Positions 50,252-62,535 of a DNA stretch of 64,000 nt are shown here, piece by piece. The translations under genes and the position numbers were made by a program. Positions within the stretch are counted from its first letter, which is position 1, and each line of letters starts with the position of its first letter. This stretch comes from Nemertoderma westbladi (taxonomy: Eukaryota > Animalia > Xenacoelomorpha): contig JAUCBJ010004612.1 of NCBI GenBank assembly GCA_032718475.1, positions 23,534 through 87,533 of the forward strand, in the 5' to 3' direction. The notes under the pieces were generated by a model that was not told the DNA's origin, did not search any database, and saw only the letters and a program-made list of their open reading frames with translations.

Positions 50252-51270
50252 TACGCCAAGCAGTCCTGAAGTAGTACCGGGGTTAATTTAGCTATTACGG
50301 TATGCATAACAAGCAGAATTACGGTAAGGAATAAACTTGGGGACATGAATGTTGTAAATTACTTGCATAAACTCTGAATAATAAATATTACGCTACCCGT
50401 ACAGACTATTAAAATAAAACACAGACCAAAATGCTGACAGACTACCGCCAAGCCAAAAATATACCACAGTATATGCAGTCTCCAAAATGATTAGTTAGTA
50501 AGCGTTCTAGACTATGTAGTACGACTTATTCTTTCGCGGGGGATTTATCTTACAACTCTGGAAGCCTCCACTACCTAACTAGCACTTTATTGGACAAATA
50601 ACCTACATACATTGTAATCCACTTCAGACCTAACAACAATCCGACAACAATCCAGCCTATAAGTTACTTTTACAATCCGAGCAGGCTTACACGCCTTCTG
50701 CTCAATATTACACTTACCGGTAAATAAAGCCAACAGGAATAAGTAAACCATACAAGGAATAAGAGGTGATCAATCCCTAATCCTCTAACAGCCCACAGTA
50801 TACAATATTTCACAATCGAAGTAATACTGCTACAAGGTACCGGTTCGGCCCTACTAGCCTACAGTTTACCGTCCGACCGGTACGTTAGGGTTTATTGCCT
50901 ACTGAGCAATAAAAGAAGAAATCTATTAATGTTTGCGCTTTTAGACCTTTAACAGTTTAACCTGCTAATTTAAGTGTCTCCTGAATCGATTTTTGCCCGT
51001 ACTAATTGACATCAGCTGAAACCAGTCTAGTGCGGCTTATGACCCATGGTGTGGGAGACTGGATTCAGTTATAGAGAAAGTTATTGCAGTAGGCTACTTT
51101 GTATTATTTGATTGATCGCGACTATATAATCTCCGACAACTATATTTACTTTCGGGGAAATATTAACAGTTCCTTTGGGACGTGGCGCTTTAAGTATCAA
51201 ACAGAGTTATGACTTACACTAATCACAACTAGAGGCAATAAGATATCGCAAATGGCGCATTCTTTAGGAA

Positions 51271-51742
51271 TGCTTTATTAACCTTCACACTACTTCACAC
51301 TAATATTCACACAAAGGAACACTGATTTGCTGACTGTCACTGATTTTGATCATATTATATATATATAAGGACGATTGCAACTCACGTACATTGGGATTAT
51401 GAAATAGCATTTAATTCACACAAACCACTATAAATTGAGCCACAATTGCTACTGATACACTCTTCTGCTTACCTCAGTAATTAAGAAAGTAAAGGGGGAT
51501 TTTACGATTATTTATCAGTATTCTCCAAATATAACATCCATTAATATAAACAGCAATTAACAACAGTATAAAACAGTACATTAGAAAGCAGTGCGGTGAA
51601 AAGAGTATGTGTTATGTTCGTGTCGTGCAATATGGTATGTGTTTCGATGTATGTTAATAGATTTGCATTCCTATAACTCTAGCCTCTGATGTTAGGGCAA
51701 AGTCTGAAAGTCAGAACGTCCGATTGAATCCTGAATGAAGTA
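51271..51742 (-). repeat. 5' LTR of BEL copy 1, truncated at its outer end
   Basis: Direct repeat of 4634-5096. Followed on the minus strand by TTCCTAAAGAATGCGCC, the same junction seen after the copy 2 LTR at ~60130. Confidence 0.9.
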
Positions 51743-51783
51743 CAGTAATAATCTCAGCCTGGCTACGTATTTTACGACCATTA

Positions 51784-54700
51784 CACGTTCGTGGGGCCTT
51801 CGCGCAGCACGAGGCCCAGTTATGAGATACTGATGTAGAAATTTACCCACACCACCAATCAATTAAAGAAAGGGATACAGTACGTGTTCAGCCCTTTTAA
51901 TCTGCACCCCCCCCCCCACCCTTCCCACCCACCAATACATAACCGCGACATCTACCACCCACGGAAGGGTAGCACGAACTTATTTCCAATCGCACGTTCA
52001 ATATGCAAAGCCAGGTGGTTTATAGGAATATAATCAACGCAGTACTAAATACAGTCGATGCAGTAATGAATGATATTCAAATAATTTATTTAATATACTG
52101 TTAATGCCTCTGAAAACTTAGACAATTAAAATACACAGAAATCCCTTCAAAAAATAATAAGCCTAATATTTTGAGAAATAAACAATTTTGGATATAAGCC
52201 TTCTGCAGTGGTAATGTAATTGACTGACAATCATTAAATGAGATCTGTCTATTACCTGAGACTAAAGAACACAGACTCTATAGTGTAATAGGAGGTAGGG
52301 AATGCAGGTTTCAATCTCGTTAGGTCTAGCTGTCCAATCTATCTACCAGCCGTGTGGCTAGTTACATACCCCCCCCCCCTCCACTGGCATTCCCAGCAAC
52401 TGGCTGCCTTACACACACATCCTTCCCATCTATGTACCAGCCAACTTACATATTGGCCAATAAATGAGAAGTATTTAATGAGAATCAATTTTTTATGCCG
52501 TTTTAATTACTTTAGATAAATTAAAGACACAATTATTAAAGCAAATCACTTGAACTAATTAAAAACTATAATAGAATGGGGTATGTGGATTACATCTGTA
52601 TAATTTTTAAGTATAATTATTGAAGTCTTATTCTGTAAAACAATTAATTTCCTTTAACAGGCAGGTTGAAAGTGCTGTTTTTACAGTAATCAATTTAATT
52701 AACTAATTAACTGCTATTATCTTAGCTTCTCGAAGGCCACACGAAAATTCAACTTGGAAAATTTCTAAACTTTTGCCAAACAACATGTGTACCAAGTTTG
52801 GATAGATTTCATTGAAGATTGGCCGTGTTATTAACGTTTAAAATTGAACTCTGCAAAAAAAGCGACAGAACGACACATTCGTGGGGCCTTCGCGCAGCAC
52901 GAGGCCCAGTTATGAGATACAAATTAAAATTGAGCGACTGTATCACAAAATCAGTATTTGAGAAATTTAACCACACCGCCAATCAATCAAAGAAAGGGGG
53001 ACAGTACGTGTTCAGCCCTTTTAATCTGCCCCCCCCCCCCCCTTCCCACCAACCAATACATAACCGCGACATCTACCACCCACGGGCTGACGGGGCGGAA
53101 GGGTAGCACAAACTTATTTCCAATCGCACATGTGCCATGTGGTTTATAGGAATATAATAAACGCAGTACTCGTCTTCATTATAAGCCTCATTGAGTTCGT
53201 CCTGTTTTGTATTTAAATATATTTCTTAAACGCAGGCTGACGATATTTATAATAATAATAACAAGGGATGCGTTCAATATGTGAAGCCAGGTGGTTTATA
53301 TAATAATAATAGTCAACGCAGTACTCGTCTTCATTATAAGTCTCGTTGTGCTCGTCCTGTTTTGTATTTAAATATCTTTCCTAAATGAAGACTGACGATA
53401 TTTATAATGCGTTCAATAGGCGAAGCCAGGTATGATTTTGGTTTATAGGAATATAGTCTACGCAGCACTCATTCCTCATGAGCCCGAGTTATAGTGTGGC
53501 AATGTAGATGCAGTAGTTGCACCCGACCAGCCGGAAACTCAGAGCAATAGGCCTACTGTTTGTACAATGCGTATCAATTTCAACACCACCGGGCACTCGG
53601 TGATGGCAGAGTGAGATTAAAAAACCGGATTATTTCATCCTTGGTTACGGTTAGTCCAGTTTGCCCGTAGCGGCAGCGATACCGAAAGTCGAGGTCAACA
53701 GACAGATGTGGCCTTGATGGTGAGTTGTTTGATTTCAATTCCAACACTTTTCTGGGCAGCTGGGTAGACTCTGGTAGTGGGTACCTGATCTTAGAATGCC
53801 GGTCAGCTGGTTAGTCCGCATAACTTCCATTGTTGCAGTTGCCGAGTCGATGGATGGTTGGTAGGGGTACCGGTAGGCCTATTGCTATTGTTGTATTGGT
53901 AGATTGGTATGTACATCTACATCTGATTATACCAGTTGCCGGTGCTGTCGGTCGTACCAATACATAGTCTTTAATTAATATATTTAACCGTTAACAAGAG
54001 TAGAAACCGCAAACGAAGAAATTCATTTTCTGCCGTAGTTCAGTACCGCTACCCTACCGGTAGTTCTGTAGTTGGCATTTGCTACCAGTCCGGTTCTACA
54101 GTCTGACACTGACAGTAGTAGGGCGGTACGGCGCCAATGGACCCTCTAATCTAATTCAGGACCGCAGTCCAGCACTCCGGATTCCGCACTGCAGTGCATA
54201 AGCATGGCAGCATGGCTAATTAGGGCCTACAGAATTAGGCCTGTCCTGTAGGCTACCAGTACTGCAGTATACGTGATCTATAATCACTGCACTGGTACCG
54301 CGGTACCAGTCAGCCAGTACCGTAAAACACCGAATACAGTATGGTATTGCAGTATTGTCTGATTGCAGGATTCCTAATTCAGGGATTGACATTGAGTATA
54401 GTACCGGTACAGGCAGACATGCCACAATGGTATTACTGCAGTACTGTAATTTCGTAATTTGCTAGAAAACCCAGCTGATTTAGTCTCCTAGCAACCTGCT
54501 GATGTCAAGCGTTATAATTTTGGATAAATAAATTTATTATAACTGTAAGACAGTTACACTGGTGCTGCACGAAGGCCCCAAGCAAATTCAACTTGGAAAA
54601 TCTCTAAACTTTTGACAGACTATTTGTGTACCAAGTTTGGTTACATTTCATCGAGGATTGATCGAGTTATTAACGTTCAAAATTGAACACCGCAAAAAAA

Positions 54701-55052
54701 TACCGTAATCAACTTAATTAACTAATTAACTGCTATTATCTTAGCTTCTTGAAGGCCACACGGAAATTCAACTTGGAAAATTTCTAAACTTTTGCCAAAC
54801 AACATGTGTACCAAGTTTGGATAGATTTCATCGAAGATTGGCCGAGTTATTAACGTTTAAAATTGAACAAGAACGACAGAACGACAGGTTGATTAATGGT
54901 ACAACTACACTAAGGCTCACTCACTTCGTGGCTCGCACCACAGGTTGATTAATGGTACCACTACGCTAAGGCTCACTCACTTCGAGGCTCGCCCCACAGG
55001 TTGATTAATGGTACCACTACGCTAAGGCTCACTCACTTCGTGGCTCGCCCCA
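51784..55052 (+). mobile_element. cluster of non-autonomous Helentron/DINE-like repeat fragments
   Basis: Hairpin GGGCCTTCG-CGCAGCA-CGAGGCCC at 51792-51817 and 52882-52907 with an inverse partner at 54562-54580. Duplicated blocks: ~51850-52050 vs ~52970-53170 and ~52687-52848 vs ~54705-54868. GACAGAAC microrepeats. Confidence 0.45.
54884..55052. repeat. 56-bp tandem repeat, 3 copies
   Basis: ACAGGTTGATTAATGGTAC.ACTAC.CTAAGGCTCACTCACTTCG.GGCTCGC.CC at 54884, 54940 and 54996. Confidence 0.93.
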
Positions 55053-57329
55053 CAACCCACCCCAAAGCCAAATATAAACTAAAGATAAGCAGCATGTTTG
55101 TGGAATAGCAGTTTGAACCTTCATTAAAATCCCCCCACTGCGCTATTGGTACAGTAATAGCAATTGGTGATGCAACTATTTCTATTGTGAAGTGTCTTTC
55201 CTGTTTGGCAAACAATGTATAGACTGGCACAATGGCTGGATGGAGCCAGTCTGGCATGCTGGATGATTTTAGTGGTTGGGAATGAGTGTTCATGTTATTC
55301 CTAATTGTGTTACATAAGACCTCTTGTATTATTTATCTTATTAAAAACCACGGGCTTTTGGCTGTGCCGCATGTGCGAAAGGGGAAGGGAAATTTTCTAC
55401 TTTGCAGAGACTATATATAGTAAGGCTATAAGAGTAAGGTTCAGGTTCAGGCTATAAGAAAAAATCCCTCTCCTCAACATTGGAGTTTGAGACAGGGGGG
55501 AAACTGGACGCAAAACCCGCCTTGGCGAATTAATATCCCGCCTCAATGTTAAATTCTCAATTTAGGGAAATGAACAGGTTACAGTGGCACGTTATTCTAA
55601 CGAAAACAATAAACTAAACAAAATCAAACAGGTTACAGTTTTATTTTGCTCGTAAACAGCTGTTATTTGCGTCCAATTTCCCCTGGAGAGGGATGAACTT
55701 TTATTGCGTCCAGTCCCCCCCCCCCCCCCCCCTCATATCCGTGGAGTTTATACCCAGACTCCACCAGATGATGTTAAATCGACACCAAAAAGAAAGAGGT
55801 TATGGAAAATAATCTGTTTCATAGAAGTTTTTATTAATTTATATTTTAACCCTATTAAACCCGGGGGGGGGGGGTCAATATGACCCCCCCGTGGTTTTTT
55901 TATTATAATTCTGAAACAAACGCAGTTGGGAATCTGAAATTTTATGACTTTTCCTAAAAATCTATTGTCGTCCTAGTAGTGAAAACCGTTTTCAAAAATA
56001 TTGGGTAGTTTTCGAGTTATAGCACCATTTTTAACCCTACTTTTGGCACTTTTTTTGAGACGTTTTTTGAAAATTACATTTCATTAAATATTAATTGTAA
56101 CATCTCTATTTTTGATTTACACCGGTTTTTTGGTGTTAGCAATTGGATGGAATTCATATAAATTGCTTTAGAAATTTCAAACTAGTTTTTTTCGGCGGGT
56201 GTCAAATTTTGGTGCCAGCACCAAATTTTGAAATATGTCAATTTTGTAAATTAATTGTTTGAAACTTGTTTTTTACGCAATTGGGGTTTTTGGGTTTCTG
56301 GTTTCGATGAAATATATACGAGTTGCACCAAGCGTATCAAACTTGTATTTTTCGGTGCTGTGTGAAAATTTTGGTGCTAGCACGAAATTTTGAAAATCCT
56401 TTCAATAGATAAAATTGCTTGTGACAATTTGTTTCTTGCATTTTAGAGGTTTATGGCTGTTCTGAATTCAATGGAATATATAATTATCGAACTAGACATC
56501 TCAAACTTGTATTTTTCGGATGTGGGTGCAGAATGTGGTGCTAGCACCAAATTTTGAAAACCATCAAATATATCAATTGATTGTGTCATCTTGTTTCTTG
56601 CGTTATACGGGTTTGTTAGGGTTCTGAATTCAATGGAATCAGTAAAAATTTCATAAGAGTTTTCAAACTTGTATTTTTCGCCGGTGGGTGAAAATTGTTG
56701 TGCCAGCACCAAATTTTGGAAAATGGGTAAATTGATCAGTAGATAGTATCATCTTGTTTCTTGCGTTATATGGGTTTATGAGGGTCCTGAATACGATGGA
56801 ATCAATAAAAACAGCACTGGACATCGCAAACTTGTACTTTTTGGTGATGGGTACGAAATTTGGTGCTAGCACCAAAATTTGCCAAATTACGCCGAAAAAT
56901 ACAAGTAGCAATGATCTGGCATATTTGAAATGTATTCCATTAGAATCAGCGCCCTAGAAAACCTGAAAATGTGAATTTATAGCATCGTATAAGTGAATTA
57001 AAAATTTTGTGTTCTAACTGAAAAGTGCTGGTTACTTGTTTTTTTCATTTTTTTCCTACGCATAGAGGACTAAACAGCAATTTATGGTAATCATATCATT
57101 TTTAAATATTTTCCAATGTATTTTGCACCCCAGAAAACCTGTATTGAAAAACAATTAGCCGAAAAATGTAACTTTCAAATTTTGTGAAAATTGTGCACTA
57201 CTTGTAATTTTGGTGCTGCAATATTACTACCCCAGTACATTTTTTGAAATTTTTTTTTCGTGCTAGCACCAAAATTTGCACATAGCACGGGAAAAATACA
57301 AGTTTGATACGCTTGGTGCAACTCGTATA

Positions 57330-59240
57330 CAGTCGGGGTCTCAAAGTGCATCTGTTCTTTGAGGTTTTCTCAAAGTTTTTCTAAAAGTGTCTAAAAGTCA
57401 TAACATTGCTCCCAACGGCCGCTTTGAATTCTTGTAGACACTTTTAGTTGGGAATCTCAAAGTGATTTCCTGCTTTTAGGCACTTTGAATTCTTTTAATT
57501 CTTTGAGAAATGTCACTTTTAGGTAGTTAGCGGCACTTTGAATTCTTTGAGAAAATAAACTCCGAGGTATTCGTGATTGACAGCTCTCGTGGTAAGTTAA
57601 CTGAGAGGCAGAAGCATTCTCGGGGAACCATGTCATGCGGGCAACAAAGTGATACTTGTGGGCCGGCCAGTTATTGCCTAGAAGCTATTCCCATTAATTT
57701 ATCACATTGAGGTTCCTGGGGTGATTATGGGATGGGTTTTCGGTCGCAAGTACAAATTGAATTTACGGCGCCCTTTGACAAGCATTCTACGCCCCTCCCC
57801 CTCCCCCCACCCTCCCTCCCCTTCTATTTGGAAATAAAGACCTTTTATAAAAGTCTTTCTAAAAAACATTCTTAAAAATCTAATAATACATGAAACATAA
57901 TTAGTGAGACAAGATTAATGCTTGACAAGATTGATTAATTTAATAATAACATAATACAATATAATATAATATTAACAATTAATATAAGAGAAACTGCACT
58001 GTAGTTTCTCTGTGTACGCAGTTTCATTACAATGACCTGAAGAAGCCCTGTTGGGAGAAAGCAATAGTAATAACTTTTGTCATTCATTTCATTAGTCACC
58101 TGAGGTCAACCCGTGCTACCTTAACTGTTTAATATGTTAACTACGGTGACGAGAGCGCGAGAATTCCTTCTTAAAAACTAAGAAAGGCCTTCAACTTTCA
58201 AGTAAGATAGAACGGCTACAATCTTGTGTTGTTTTAACTTAATAGAGATATTAAAATATCCCCTGCCGCTGGCGTTTATATTTGAGCATATTTTAAATGT
58301 TTGCCTGATATTCAATTGATGTGTACCGCCTTCTGGCAAAGCGGCACCCAGTTTAAGCTATCAATCACAGCCAGCGAGTAGCGTTGTGTTTCAAACAAAC
58401 AGGTGCAGGCAGAGCCGGAAAGAACTGTCGTAGGCTTTACTTTGCTTGTGGTACTTAATAGATTTTGGCAGACTGGGCGGTCGCTCTGACAATATGCATT
58501 GCGCACCAACAATGCCTAAAACATCTATGGGAACAGCCAATTAGTGAGCTGAGCTCGAATCATTTCTCTTTATTCCTGCCTCTATATTTATTCTTTACTT
58601 TGTATAACACAATTTACAGTGCGGCAAAGAAGGGCTGGTTGACAATTGAAATGCATTGGTAAAGGAATACAAACAAATTTTGGTAAACAAATTTAAACAG
58701 TACTATACATTAATATAGATAGGGCAACAGACAAACTGTCTAAGACACAAATACCAACACATTACGATAGCCCCCAATTATGGCGTCTCGAAAGAGTCAA
58801 AATATTAATTAATAAAACCTCTCTGAAACAATAAAAATACCTACAAAAAAATACTGCAGTAATAAATATTAGTTACTGCAATAACATATAATAATTACTG
58901 CAGTAACAAATATTTATTACTGCAGTAACAAATATTTATTACTGCAGTAACAAATATTTATTACTGCAGTAACAAATATTTATTACTGCAGTATTTTTTG
59001 GAGGCACATTTATTGTTTTATAGAGGTTTTTATTACTTATATTTTGCCCTTTAGTAGTCAATGTCAATATACCCCATACCATTGCCAGTTTCAGGCATGA
59101 CTGTATGAAATGACTGACAGTACTACTTTGAAATCTTTGAGGACACTTTGTCATTTTCTTGGACCACTTTTAGAACTTTGAGTCACTTTTAGTTCTTTGA
59201 GAAAATCTCAAAGAACAGATGCACTTTGAGACCCCGACTG
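57330..59240. mobile_element. non-autonomous Tc1/mariner/pogo-like DNA transposon (1.9 kb)
   Basis: TIRs CAGTCGGGGTCTCAAAGTGCATCTGTTCTTTGAG.TTTTCTCAAAG (~46 bp). Intact MITE has CGTATATATTTC; here CGTATA|element|TATATTTC, i.e. a TA duplication. Confidence 0.88.
58795..59048. repeat. fold-back with central 22-bp tandem array of palindromic TTACTGCAGTAA units
   Basis: Unit TTATTACTGCAGTAACAAATAT about 4 times, flanked by imperfect inverted arms (AAAACCTCT...AAAAAATACTGCAGT / ACTGCAGTATTTTTT...AGAGGTTTT). Confidence 0.75.
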
Positions 59241-62022
59241 TATATTTCATCGAAACCAGAACCCCAAAAAACCCCGATTGCTTAAAAAACAAGTTTCAAA
59301 CAATTTAAAGGCTTTTGCGGATCTAGCTAGTCATTTTCCCCGCAAAGTACTCTGTAGGTGTTTTAACGGACATAAAAAGCCGTTTTCCTACTGTGTAGGT
59401 ATTTTAGTGGACATAAAAAGCCATTTCTTCTGTATGTGTACTTTAGCGGACATAACTAGCGATTTTATGTCGCAATACACCAAAATACTCTTGATACAGT
59501 GTAGTACAGATGACGACATCTATCAGCTGATATGTCCACGTATAACTTTTCTTTGTTCTTTGTTCGGCTCGACCAATCAGAGCGATTTTCATTTTATTTG
59601 CACATAAACCTCCGGGAAATCGCGCAATGCATTATGGTCTTTGTTTACCTTTTTTCCTGAGCCCAGAAGATCGGCTGTGGAATTATTCTGTGTTTCAGAC
59701 TTTAGCCAAACATTAGAACGGCTTTGATCATAGAAACGTATAACTGTTATCATATTGTCACAAACTGGCATACAGCCTGTCATATCTCATGCAAACCTGA
59801 TTACATACAAACACCGCATTATTTTACTGCTATTTACTGTCGGTTATTAAGTGTTATCATTTGATGGATATGTTGTTATATTTGGTGAATATCGATAAAT
59901 AATCAGAAAACCCCAATCTTCTTGATATACTGAAGGTTAGAGAGACCGGTTACATATAGCAATTGCGACTTACCTTATAGTGGTTTTGGAGTGAATTGAA
60001 TGCTATTTCATAGGCCCTACATGTGTCAGTTGCTGTTCTCCTTATATATGATTAAAATTAGTGAAGGTCGGCAGATCAGTGTGCAGCAGTGTGCGGTAGT
60101 GTGCATGAGTGTGATAGATAACAAAGCATTTCCTAAAGAATGCGCTTTATACGTGAATCATTAGCCATCCCGTTGTGTTTAGTGTAAGTCATAACTCTGT
60201 TTACATACTTAGAGCGCCACGTCCTAAAGGAACTGTTAATATTTCCCGAAAGTGAATAATATTTGTCAGAGATTATATATTAACGATCAATCGAATAGTA
60301 CAGTAGGCCTACACCGCAATAAGGTCAGAGCATCCGAATCCAGTCTCCCTTAACCATGGGTGAATGATCGCGCATAGGCTGGCTTCGGCTAATGTAGCTT
60401 TATGTGTATCAAATACTTGTTATAGGCTAAAGTCGATTTATAACCAAAAAGACACCTAAATTTGGCAGGTTAAACTGCTAAAGGTCTAAAAGCGCGAACA
60501 ATAACAGTTATTGCTTCTTTATTGCAACATAGGTAATAAAGGCAAAGTACCGGTCGACTGGTAACCAGTAGGCCTAACTACCTAACCACCCGAACCGGTA
60601 CTTACAGCAGTACAGGTACATCAGTATTATTCGATTTTGATAATTATATACCGGTAGGTCTTGATATTTAATCAGGGACTGCATCCCTGGTTTTTTATTG
60701 GGATTTTACTTATTTCTGTCAGTTTTATTTATCTGTAAGTTAATATTGAACAGAAGGCGTGTAAGCCTGCCCAGATTGTACAGATAATTTGTAGGCTGGA
60801 TTGTTGTCTGGCTGTTGTTAAGTCTGAAGAGATTGCAGTGTGTGTAGAGTGTATGTCCGATAAAGTACTAGTTAGGAACGTGGGGGGCATCCAGTGCTGT
60901 AAGTTAAATCCCCCCCTGAAAGAATAAGTCGTACTACTCGGTTAGAACGCATACTAACTAACCATTTCAGAGCCTGCATATACTGTAGTTTATTTGGGCT
61001 TGATAGTAGTCTGCCAGCATTTGGTTTGTATTTTGCTTGTGTAGTCTGTACGGGTAGCGTAATATTTATTATTCAGAGTTTATGCGATTATTCGCAACAT
61101 TCACACCCCAAGTTTATTCCTACAGTAATTGTGCTTGTTATACATACCGTTATAGTTAAATTAACCCCGGTACTACATCAGGGCTGTTTGTCGTAGGTAA
61201 AGACTGGTGATTTTATGCTCTGGTCACTCCGGCAGATACCGTGGTTCTTTTAGCTGTACAAGTATTTTTAACTGCTGGTTATTTGTTGTATAAGTACTTG
61301 TACCTAATTTAGGGTTTAGTGTACAGTGCTTTCCGAAGGTAATTAGTGTGTGGGCAGTATATTTGTGTTGTAAAGTGGTTAATAGGCATGTTAGCTATAG
61401 TAGGCTGCAGTAATTAACTTCTAGGTAGGAACACTCCGTGTACATAACGTAGTACTTATAGCGCTACGGCTATAAGTCGTCAGACGGTGGTATTTTTCCT
61501 ATCTGGACAACGCAATATATTTACTACTGCTTTATTATTTTCAAATACCGTAGTATCCTGTCCGTTTGTAATAACCAGATATTCTAACTCCTTGTTAGGC
61601 TGGTTTGTAGATTTCTTGTAAAATTAACCCTAAAAATTCGTACTTGTAATTTTTGTGTTTATTTAGAGATTGTAATCTCACCCCGTATTGTACATAATTT
61701 GTAGTAATAAGTAACTTAGGCAAATTATAATTATTTGTTTTAGTGTCCAACAAGAAGCACTTCACTGAGAGCGTACAGCTTCTGTTTAGTGACTCCTTCC
61801 CAGAAATAATAACATTTATTTCAAACATTGACAAAAACCCATTATATGGGTATATATATATTATAAATCAACTCAAATCGATTTATAAAACATTAGGCCT
61901 GTCATACATCAATTAGGTCTTAATATCAGTTGGACTACTGCTTAAATAACGGTAATAAAGTAAAGTAAAATAACCAAGTAACCCCTAAAATTCAGAAATT
62001 CAATTATTCTAAAATAATTGAC

Positions 62023-62398
62023 ATACCGGTATTTACAATAGGCTTATTATATTTATTCTATAAATTTAAGCTGAAATTATATACCGGTATTCTGTAATTA
62101 ATTCTAGTCTATAATTATACTTATATATACTATAAGTGTAAGCTGTATACCGGTATTCACGATAGGCTTATTATATATTTCTATATATTTGTGCTGAAAT
62201 TATATACCGGTATTCTGTGACAAATCTAGTCTGTAATAATACTTATATATACTATAAGTGCAAGCTGTATACCGGTATTCACGATAGGCTTATTATATAT
62301 TTCTATATATTTGTGCTGAAATTATATACCGGTATTCTGTGACAAACCTAGTCTGTAATAATACTTATATATATACTATAAGTGTATACCGGTATTCT
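62023..62398. repeat. ~123-bp tandem repeat, 3 copies, in the BEL2 leader
   Basis: ATACCGGTATT...AGGCTTATTATA...TATACCGGTATTCTGT...TATACTATAAGTG recurs at 62023, 62147 and 62269. Only one unit is present in BEL1 (~29690-29800). Confidence 0.85.
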
Positions 62399-62535
62399 AA
62401 TATATTGTGTATATCTATCACGTTGCACTGAGTAACGATATCGGTAATTAATTACTAGGCTTACAGTTGATACTGAATTATTAGACTTGCTTTAACTGTA
62501 ATTATAGCAGTAGGCATTCAACTGTATAAACAAAC

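Larger units (their letters stand above)
4634..51742 (-). mobile_element. BEL/Pao LTR retrotransposon (copy 1), decayed and heavily nested
   Basis: Direct LTRs at 4634-5344 and 51271-51742; gag-PR-RT-RH-IN order with Pao-type motifs; PPT next to the 3' LTR. Confidence 0.9.
55850..59303 (-). mobile_element. TTAA MITE copy E, rearranged and interrupted
   Basis: TTAA at 55846-55849, then MITE in minus orientation to ~57258, an inverted internal piece at 57259-57329 and 59241-59303, split by a TA-target element. Confidence 0.85.
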
